NCBI GenBank assembly: GCA_951406725.2
Contig: OX597817.1
Span: 31,372,001-31,436,000, forward strand
Reading direction: 5' to 3'
Length of the DNA: 64,000 nt
Source of the DNA: Octopus vulgaris
Taxonomy: Eukaryota
This document shows positions 52,891 through 64,000 of this stretch, one piece after another; the first letter of the stretch is position 1, and each line of letters starts with the position of its first letter. A program made the position numbers and the translations under genes. The notes beneath the pieces are model-generated. The model was not told the origin of the DNA. It ran no database searches and saw nothing but the letters and a program-made list of their open reading frames with translations.

Positions 52891-53294
52891 AGTAACAGAA
52901 GTTTTTTCTTTTTTACTAATACATTAAGTGATCATTATTTATATATTATAAAGTAATTTTATTTGTCTACCATCTGCTGAACACTTACATTAAAATCCAG
53001 CTTGCTATAATCACCATTGACTTAATAAACTCAAGTGCGATATTCTCTTGGACTGCTGTGCAAATCTGAATTCTTCTAAACTTGAAAATAATATTCAAAA
53101 TTTCATTTAAAAAAGGTGCAGTCACAAATGCCTAAGTCCGGTTCTCAACCACTAAGTGACCCTTAGTCTAGTGCCTTTAGTCTCTGAGGATGACCAATTT
53201 TTTATGGGTACAATGTTAAGATATATGTCTGTGGGTACAAACACCTCACACACACACATACATATGCACATACACATATATATATGTGTGTATA

Positions 53295-53367
<73 letters not shown>

Positions 53368-53815
53368 AATGGAAAAATAAAACAATCAATTGAACAATTA
53401 TAAATTCAATTTAATTTAAATATTTTAAACAAACAAATGACACATCTCATAAATTACAGCTGTTTCCACTTCATTAATAAAACGAAGTTTTTCAAGAATA
53501 ATCAAATCCGTTTAAATATTCAATATCCCTTAGGTGTATTTTGCACCCAGTTAAACTGTTATATATAAATATATATAATATATGTGTAAAAAGGTTGAAT
53601 TAGATTCGTCCTTTAATTTGGAGGTTTCCGAAAAAGATTTCTAATATTGATCCTTCATATTTTGCTGGTAGTTTACAGGCGTAAATTTGCCAATATGAAA
53701 ATAATACTTGTATATGGTGTGTTGTGAATTTATGAAAAGAAATCCCATAAACCCAACAATTTTGTTAAAAATGGGGAAAAGAAGATGTTAAAATATATAA
53801 GAGAATTGTAACTCA

Positions 53816-53915
53816 TGCAGACGATCGTTTCGTACAGCTTATATAAAAATCATGCAAATTCATGGTTGAATTAAATTAATTAAATTAATTATATATCGCT
53901 GTACTCTTCAGTGCA
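53816..53915 (-). ncRNA. minimal type-I hammerhead ribozyme, core intact
   Basis: minus strand: TGCA-CTGAAGA-GTACAGC-[AT-rich loop]-GCTGTAC-GAAAC-GATC-GTC-TGCA. Confidence 0.8.
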
Positions 53916-54113
53916 AGAAATATAAAGAAAAGTTTTACAAAGAACTTGAGAAAGTAAATAGCAGAATAGAATCTAGGAAATTCATATATATCCTTTGGTT
54001 AGGTATTATCTATAACTAAAGACCATAACGGTTATTTGAAAATATAAGAAAAGGAGGTTTCAGAGACGTTCCCTCTTTAGATGAGTAAGGAGTTAAAATT
54101 TCTAATCTCTTTA

Positions 54114-54178
<65 letters not shown>

Positions 54179-54202
54179 CGTGCATACATAATGTATGTTT
54201 TT

Positions 54203-54630
54203 TTTTTGTTTATATGCACATTTGCTGCCGGATAGCATCCGGGGAAAGCTTCCTTCACGACACCGAGTGTTAAAGTTCACCGAATATCTCAAGCCAGGCG
54301 TGGCAACTCTCCTCGAACGACCGAAAATGGTAGATATCGATATTTCGCCAGTTTACAATTTCTTTCGTGTGTTACACCACAGCACGTCAGTGTATAGTCT
54401 TCACTCTAGATGTGTATAAGTCACAGACCTTCGTTTCGAGGCGATCTGTGTATATGGTATTGATTAGTCACAATAATGAAGAAATATCGATATCTACTAT
54501 TCTCGGTCGTTCAGGGCGATTTGTCTCACCTGGTCTGGGGCATTCAGTGCTCTTTAACACTCCGCGTCGTGTAAAGAACTTTCTCTAGACGCTATCCAGC
54601 AGCAAATGGGTGCATAAACAAAACACAAAG
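54203..54630. mobile_element. foldback/MITE-like element with ~145-bp inverted arms
   Basis: 54203-54346 matches the reverse complement of 54481-54630. Confidence 0.8.
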
Positions 54631-56463
54631 GTTATGTTTACATTACTAGAGCTGCATGTACTTCGTAATGCTATATGAGAGAGAGAGAGAGAGAGAGAGA
54701 GCCAAGCAGATAGACAGACAAACAAAAGGGGAGATGAAGGAAGGGAAGAAGAATGTGAGTGCTAGAAATATATGCATAAATAAAAGTAAGATGTCGTTGA
54801 AAACGCATACAGAAAAGTACAAACAGATGTAGAAACAACTCTCGTCAGCAGTAGGATCCAGAACCATACAGGTTTCAGCACACTTAATATATAGTATCGA
54901 TCATCTAGAGAAATCCAGTGATTGTACACTGCACTGATATGGAGAACAGTACAACAAAATACCAACTGACTTAAAATACGAAGAACATTGGCTTGCGTGT
55001 AAGACTAAAAATTGTAATCAAGTAAATACAGCTTAATATAGTTAAATATTAAAGGGGAAAATGTCCTCTTCGTCTAAGAACAGAATCAAGCAAAACAGAA
55101 TTCTAGTGCAAATGAAAACAGTAAACTAATTTGATCAGACTGTAAACTGGAAGATGGTGGTGAATTTAAAAAGTGCAAACAAGTCATAACCGCAATAAGA
55201 AATAAATAAGAGATTATTAGACAGACAGTCTTCCTTTTTATATATACTTACGACGCTTTAGGTCTAATCTCATCGATGTAGATTTAGCCTATCACTATAA
55301 TTTAGTCGACAAAACATTTATTAGCTTGATATGATTGATTATTAGCTACCTCCAAAATCTGTGGTTTGTGCTTATAATAACAATCTGAACCACAAATTAA
55401 TATATTGCAGTATTACAGGTGGTATTGGGTTGGTGCTGTTTTTTTTTTTTTTTTGTTTGTTGTTATCATTAGACAGATCATATGTCTTATTTTTTTATCA
55501 CTTAATATTTATTTCCGAAGAGTTGAATAAGTGATGTTTTCAATAACCATATTTTGAAAGAAGGAAAACGGAAAAGGGAAGAGAGAGTGAATGAGGAGTT
55601 GCACGAAATAGTTATAAGACAGATGATGTGTGTATATGAAAGAAAAATAGGAAGTGTTTAAAAGAGAGAAATGTTAAGTATGTAGGGCGAGAATATACGT
55701 TTAAGTGTGTATATGCCTATGTGTGGGGGATGTCTTTATGTACTTATGTGAAAGCAACAAAGAATGGGAGAGAGCAAATAGAAAATGGAAGATATACATT
55801 TTCATGTGCGAACTATTTACATGCATGTTCGTGTTTTGCGAGATGTATGTGTGTCTGCTCTTTCAGATGTTTATGCCACTCTTCCTTAATTTGTTTGTGT
55901 ATGCGTGTCTGTGTGCTTTCATGTGTTTGTGCTTCTGTTCCCTCATATGTTTGTTGGCTTGTGTGTTTGTGTATGTTCGTGTAGGGAGCGTGTGCACCGT
56001 TGTGTATGTTTATATATATATTTTCATGAAGATTTTTGCGTGTGTTAATGAAAAATAGATAAATGGATAATGGTGCCATTAACATGGCGTAAACATATTT
56101 CTAGAATCAACATCACCCATCCAAACCCTACGTAAGACTATAATTGCAAAAACTACCTTATTCCATCTCACCCCCAAACTTGCCCCCATCTCCTTCCACG
56201 CCACATACCAAAATCTACATTATCACATCTGCTTATTTAATCTCCACCATATGTAATCCCTCCTCGTAAAGTGAAACACACCAATTAGAAATTTTATTAT
56301 CCTAATTCTGATGTTAAGTGTTCCTTACGATGTGTTTGTTGCTCTCTTAGAATCCACTTGAAAGTTTGACATTCTTATTACTCGCGAAATTTCAGCAAAG
56401 AATCGTTCTTAGAAAAGCTCTACGTTTCTACCTAGACAGGATGCGAAATCAATTGTATATAAG

Positions 56464-56496
<33 letters not shown>

Positions 56497-57132
56497 ATGT
56501 ATGTATATGTGTGTATGTATGTATGAGTGTGTGTGTGTGTGTCTGCGAATGCATATATATACGCACATAACACACTCATACATATAAATATATATATACA
56601 CACATAACATAAATTTATATATGTAATATATGTATATATGTATATAAACAATATATATACACAAGCATATATATGTATGTATATATATATATACACAAGC
56701 ATATATATGTATATATATATATACACAAGCATATATATGTATATATATATACACAAGCATATATATGTATGTATATATACATACATATAATGGCCACTTC
56801 TCTTTTTTTGAAGCGAAAATGTCGACTTAAGGATAGAATTACAGAAAAGTTTGCTTCAGACCGAAACAGAAGGTTTACAAATTAGAAAATTGAGTGGTCA
56901 GATGTTATCAAATTCTGTAACATTTCGCTAAGAGATATTAGATTTTCCATTAAGCATGAAAATTAATTTGTTTCTAATTAAGTTTTCATTTCATGAAATT
57001 ATCTCCCCTTTACTTTATGAGTTGCTAAAGATTGTCGCTAGATTTTAGTAAACTTCAATTCTTTTATTTTTTTTACTTGCTTCAGGAATTGGACAACGGC
57101 TGTACCGGGGCATCGTCTTCGATGGTTTAGTT

Positions 57133-57373
57133 CAGTAGTTCTCAACCGGAGTCCATGTGGCCCTTGGAGATCCATTGAAGATTTTATAGTTAAAATTTAT
57201 GTGCAATAAGCTGGTTATTTGTACAATACACAAAATATTTCAACATTTTTTTTGTACAATTCCTAATAAAAATAAAAGGAGATTTTAGACATCGAATGAC
57301 TATGAGGGTCCCGCCCCTTGACTAAAATAAGAATCAAATGGATCAATGGACAAAAGCTAGTTGAAAACCACTA
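57133..57373. mobile_element. hAT (Charlie-like) MITE
   Basis: TIRs CAGTAGTTCTCAAC / GTTGAAAACCACTA; imperfect 8-bp TSD GTTTAGTT / ATTTAGTC. Confidence 0.7.
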
Positions 57374-57465
57374 ATTTAGTCGAACAAATAGGTACTTATC
57401 AGGGGTCATTTTGTCGCATAGTTGTCAAACGTTGGGTGAGAGACGAACATATAAGTACACAAACA

Positions 57466-57519
<54 letters not shown>

Positions 57520-57583
57520 TGCACATATACACACAATCACAATCATACACACATACATGCACACTCACACTCATATGTATATA

Positions 57584-57855
57584 TAAGATAGTAGACTGTG
57601 ATATGAAAGAGATTTGGCAGCTATTTTAGCAGACCAAGCTTAAAGGCATTTTCGTTGACTCGCCTTTACAGGGTAATTCAACAAGCGAGAAATATCAGCT
57701 GAATCTTCCTCAAATCACATTCTGGTTTCTTAAAAAGAAGAGAGAAAAGGTTTAAATATTGTAGTAAGTGTAGATAATATGTCGACAACAGGATGGTCAA
57801 GACTGAAATTCTTTACAGCATAAATCTGCTTGATCATTTTTGTCATGAAGATAAA
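57584..57855 (+). repeat. direct copy of 52593-52867
   Basis: high identity by eye over ~270 bp. Confidence 0.9.
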
Positions 57856-58461
57856 GACGGGCTTCTTCGTTGTTTCCGTTTATTAAATTCACTCACAAAA
57901 TATTGGTCAACTCAGGTCTATAGTAGAAGACATTTGCTCAAGATGTCATGCAGTGAGATTGAACTCAAAACAACTTCAGTTGTAAAGTGAGCTTCTTGAC
58001 CACACAGCTATGCCTCAGTTTTGGTTTCATTTTCTTCTTCCGCTTACATCACTCGACGTCAGAACCTCGTACTTGATTGATCTAAATTCATACGAGCCAA
58101 TGAAGGAGCCTCTACGTGGACACTTAAACTGTTACAAACACTAGCCAAATCTTCTGGTCGAGTAACCCATCCCGCTCAAAAGGTCCCTGAATAAGGGTTG
58201 TTTAAGGATGTTGAACGAAACACCCATGTTTCCAGGAATGAATTATTCAAACCCCAAAGAATCACTCTCAACACATGGCTATGATGCTCCCCCACTACTT
58301 CTGCTCGTGATCAGAGATGCACATATCATCAGCCACTAAGGGACATGCTCAACTGATTAAGGTTAAACAACTGACAAGCAAATCTGTATATTGAGCAGAA
58401 TATTTGCTATAGGTCATCTTTTATACCAAGACAAAACAATGTTCATGTATTATTATTATTG

Positions 58462-59572
<1,111 letters not shown>

Positions 59573-59576
<4 letters not shown>

Positions 59577-59870
59577 TCATTGCCTGGAATCGAACTCGGA
59601 ATATTTGGGTTAGTAGCCCGCGCTCTTAACCACTACACCATATGCTCATGGGCGTAGTGGTTAAAAGCGCGGGTTACTCACCCCAACATTCCGAGTTCGA
59701 TTCTAGGCAGTGACCTGAATAATAATAATAAATAGAAAAGAAATAGAACAAGTAACTGCAGAATATGTGGAGATGGACAAGAAACAATAAATCATATTAT
59801 CTCTGGCTGCCCAGTCCTGGCTAAGAAGGAATATATTCACAGACATGACAGAGTAGGGACCTACATACAC

Positions 59871-59925
<55 letters not shown>

Positions 59926-60110
59926 GCAACAACAACAACAACAACAACTTCGAAAAATACCTAAGGAATGAGAACCCAGGTTCGAAATTTCCCCAAGACA
60001 CCTGATGAAGGCTGGGGGTTATATCAGCCGAACAAACAAGATGAGGACAAATATCCGTCAAATGTAAATAACGTAAATAAAGTACATAATTCCTCATCTC
60101 TTAAATATAG
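59573..60110 (+). mobile_element. composite: inverted tRNA-like head + tRNA-like head + (AAT)n + tail with degenerate hammerhead
   Basis: A box GGCGTAGTGG and B box GAGTTCGATTC on both strands; CTGATGA-A-GGCTG..CAGCC-GAA at 60002-60032. Confidence 0.7.
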
Positions 60111-60267
60111 ATGTGTAAAATCTTTGCGATATCAAACGAAAACATTGTCCCATTAGGTTTGTTTTGGGTTCTTTTTTCGTAAGATGGCCAGAGTATGATG
60201 GGAATGGCTCTGTTCGTAAAGAATGCCTTTTGATACCGCGTTTATATATTTTTTTTGCTTTGTTTTG

Positions 60268-60873
60268 TCTTTTCACTTTTTACTTGTTTCAGACTGACTG
60301 CGACCATGCTGGGATAGTGCCTCGAAGGATTTAGTCGAAAAATTCAACTCCCGAATTTATTTTCTTTTTAACTCTAGAACTTATTCTATTGGTTTCTTTT
60401 TGCCGAGCTGCAAGATTACAAGGACGTAAGCAAATCAACGCCGGTCGTCAAGCGATGGTAGGGGGATAAGCACAAAGATACACAAACACACAAACACACA
60501 CATATACATACATACATACATACATACATACATACATACATACATACATACATACATACATACATACATGCTTTGGCAATGTACGTAGTGCTTAACTGCA
60601 TGTATCCATTCTTTTCGTTGACAGACAGATAGACACACAGACAGACACACAGACAGACAGACACACAGACAGACACACAGACAGACACACAAACAGACAG
60701 ACACACAGACAGACACACAAACAGACAGACACACAGACAGACACACAAGACAGACAGACACACAGACAGACAGACACACAGACACACAGACAGACACACA
60801 GACAGACAGACACACAGACAGACACACACAGACAGACAGACAGACACACTGACAGACAGACAGACAGACAGAC

Positions 60874-60937
<64 letters not shown>

Positions 60938-61112
60938 GGACGGATAGGTAGATGTGTGTGTACAACGGGCTTCCACACAGTTTTCATCTACCAAATCTAC
61001 TCACAAGTCATTAGTCAGCCCAGGGCTATTGCAGAAGACGCTCAAGGTGCTGCACAGAGGGACTGAACCCGAAACCACTTGGTTCCAAAACGAGCTTCTT
61101 AACCACCCATGC
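60268..61112 (-). mobile_element. old SINE A with expanded internal compound microsatellite
   Basis: tail 60268-60480, head 60960-61112. Confidence 0.8.
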
Positions 61113-61584
61113 CAGTATAATGTATCAATTCTAATTTATACAACATTTTACAACATTATTCTCTATTGTGCCAGGAATACAATTACTGAAAAGATTTCAT
61201 TCTTAGTCTTACCTTATGTAATATGAGTCGGTACCCTATTACAAGAAAGTATTGTGATTCAGTGAAAAGGTTTAGAATGTAAATGGTGAATTCATTCCTT
61301 AATTCCATCGAACGAGTATTCCAGCTGTTCTATCGATTGAAATCAATGTCTAATTGCGTAAGTGGTGAAGTGTCCCACTAAAAATTGCACCCAGTGGACA
61401 GAATGCAGGGCCTTGAAATCTCAAAAAGGACTTGTTAGCAACACTTGCATTGTAAGACACATGGAATATTAGATAAGGCCCTTAATAGGGGAACAGACTC
61501 ACGGTGCATTTATCAGGCAACTGGATCGTCAATCATACAGCCATTATGTTTTAATACAAGAAGCAATTAGAGGAGAAGGCGGGG

Positions 61585-61645
61585 ACGACGACGACGAGAT
61601 GATACTGATGATGATGGTGGTGGTGGTGGTGGTGACGACGATGAC

Positions 61646-61733
<88 letters not shown>

Positions 61734-61765
61734 GCGGTGATGATGGTGACGATTATGATGATGAC
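61585..61765. repeat. (GAT)n repeat
   Basis: direct reading. Confidence 0.95.
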
Positions 61766-62407
61766 TTCTTTAATTTATTTAATTCAGCTTTACCTTATTA
61801 AAAGATTTAAATAATTGAAAAATACTGTTAATAATGATTTTTTTATTTCTTAGTAACGCAGAAAATGAAAAAAATCAACGGTGAAATGGGAAGAATTTAA
61901 TAAACAAAAGCTTAAATCTTCATAGTAAATTTCTTTAACTTCTCAGCTTGATAAAAGGGAAATCACCGCTTATATAAAACATACATGCAGTGTGTAAATC
62001 ATATTTATATGATTGGAAAGTTGAACTATTCTAAGAGCGTAAACGGCTGTGTGAATTACTTCAACTTTATCAGCTGTATTTATCATGTTCCTTCAAGTCT
62101 TCATCGAATTCGAGTATTGTTTGTTTTCTCAATATGAATAGAGACAAAGAAAGCGCTCTCTCTCTCTCTCTCTCTCTTTCCTTATGTGTGTGTGTGTGTA
62201 TGCGTGTGTATGTATGCATATATATAAGTATATCATTATATATATAGAAGAAGAGAGAGAAAGGGGAGAGGGAAGTGTATACGAACATATATATATATAT
62301 ACACATATAAACTTACATATTTGCTTATATTTCAACATATATACTTATACATGCATATATATGGTTATAGATATATAACTGTGCATGTGCGCACGCGTGT
62401 GCGGGCA

Positions 62408-62550
<143 letters not shown>

Positions 62551-62865
62551 CTCTGTATGTATGTGTGAATGAGCATTATGTTACTGAATATAGCTGTTAA
62601 TTTTTTGCGACAGAGGTTTAAATAATTATATGACGTTTCAGTGGTTTTAATTAAATATATTCTTGGCCAGCAGAATATTAAACTAATGTGTTAAATTCAT
62701 TAAGAAAAGAGCAATGTGCCTGAAGTCAATGACGTCATATCAGGATTACGTCCTCTCTGGTGTAATTGAGAGGTTTTTTTACCCTTTTTGCAATTCACAT
62801 TCCAATACAGCATCTGCAGACATCTTAATATTATATGTGTGCGTGTGCCATATACCTAGACATAC

Positions 62866-62933
<68 letters not shown>

Positions 62934-63299
62934 ATGTATCATGTGTTTGTGTCCTGGTGTGCGTGTTTTTTTGTATGCAAGTGTAAAGCTAGCTCTAACC
63001 AAAACACACTTGTTTGAATATATTTCTATATGTAATCTATATCTACAATGTAAAGCGCTTAAGCCATGCACATACATACTGACACACATACAAGAACGCG
63101 CAAACACACACACACACACACACACACATACACACACACACACACACAGCAATAATACATGCAGGGCATGTCTTGTAGGCACACGAACAATGCTAAAACA
63201 AAACAGGCAACAGCAGAACATGATATCGGTGCTTATCATTTGCATTATTTCTAAGGCCATTTATAATTAGAATTTGTAATCTGGAATTCTGTGATTTCT

Positions 63300-63430
63300 C
63301 AGTTGAAAATCCTTTATTCGAAATTCCAAAATCCGAAAACCTCCAAAATACGTTGGTTTATTTTTTTGTTTTTTTTTTTTGCTGCCATGACATGCCACAA
63401 AGTGCTGAGAATGCTTCACCAACTACAGCT
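63300..63430 (+). mobile_element. possible Tigger/pogo-type terminal fragment
   Basis: CAGTTGAAAATCCTTTATTCGAAATTCCAAAATCCGAAAACCTCCAAAAT resembles Tigger-type termini (from memory). Confidence 0.35.
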
Positions 63431-63639
63431 GTTATGTACCGTTATGTCACGTGACTTTTTTAAGCTGTGATAATCACGTTTTGTTTTGTTTTTTGTACAG
63501 TAGTCGAAAACGTTATTTTTATGTGAAATCTGAATTTTATCTCCATGTAAGAGTGTAACATGACTAATTTCAGTAATCGTACATTTAAAAATAAAATGAT
63601 GACGTTATTCAGTTTCCATTTTTATTTACCGGTAATCAT

Positions 63640-64000
63640 GCTCAGTGGGTAGTGGGTAGCGATTTTCTTCACAACTTCAGGGAGTGACGACCCTGCCTCA
63701 CACGAGTCGCGGACTCAGCTGGCTCCGACTGACAGAACCCGGTATGGGCCCTTATCCAAGGTTACGGAAAGAGGACAACCTTCAAAGAAATCCGGAGTGA
63801 GCCCCGTAGGCGGTTTAGTGTTCGTCTCGACACTCTTCCGACAGCTCCTGCAACGAAGCTGGTGCCAAACGTAATGCTCTGCACTCCTTTGGACTACGTC
63901 AGCAAGGTCGAGAGAGGAATCCTGATGATTTGGCTACCCAGGATATTCTTAGATCTAGCCCAGGACTGTGCAAAACTGGAGAGGACATGAAATGTAAAAA
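63640..64000 (+). mobile_element. probable 5' UTR region of an RTE-like LINE running off the window
   Basis: abrupt rise in GC; resemblance to RTE 5' regions is from memory only, and no ORF motif is seen. Confidence 0.4.

Larger units (their letters stand above)
57060..58016 (-). mobile_element. old SINE A interrupted by two insertions
   Basis: tail 57060-57132, middle 57374-57583, head 57856-58016. Confidence 0.7.

Noticed and set aside
58155-58450. Probable interspersed repeat upstream of (TTA)n
   Set aside because: Single copy in the window with no diagnostic termini; cannot be classified.
59573-59717. Pair of functional tRNA genes
   Set aside because: Acceptor and anticodon stems are imperfect, there are no terminators, and both run into (AAT)n.

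Overview
AT-rich, microsatellite-dense eukaryotic (animal) DNA. The repeat content resembles what I recall from coleoid cephalopods (Octopus-like); this is an inference, not a database result. No complete host protein-coding gene is visible, and nearly all entries in the ORF track are microsatellite or transposon artefacts. Two short candidate first coding exons point away from each other (minus strand, ATG at 550; plus strand, ATG at 13832 with a CAG|GTAAAC donor), so most of the window is probably intergenic or first-intron DNA. The window is mostly mobile elements: three tRNA-derived SINE families (here A, B, C), non-autonomous Helitrons, rearranged mariner elements, hAT and foldback MITEs, CR1-like and Penelope-like (PLE) relics, and R4/Dong-like REL-endonuclease LINEs that all end in (TAA)n tracts. 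The most notable items are (i) an intact-looking minimal type-I hammerhead ribozyme at 53816-53915, plus degenerate ones; (ii) a composite at 59573-60110 with back-to-back tRNA-like heads, an (AAT)n tract and a hammerhead-bearing tail, a candidate PLE-mobilised SINE/retrozyme; (iii) several locally templated inverted or direct duplications; and (iv) a six-copy octamer (ATGCAAAT) array. Coordinates were read by eye and may be off by a few bp, more for degenerate relics. Family names come from remembered motifs.
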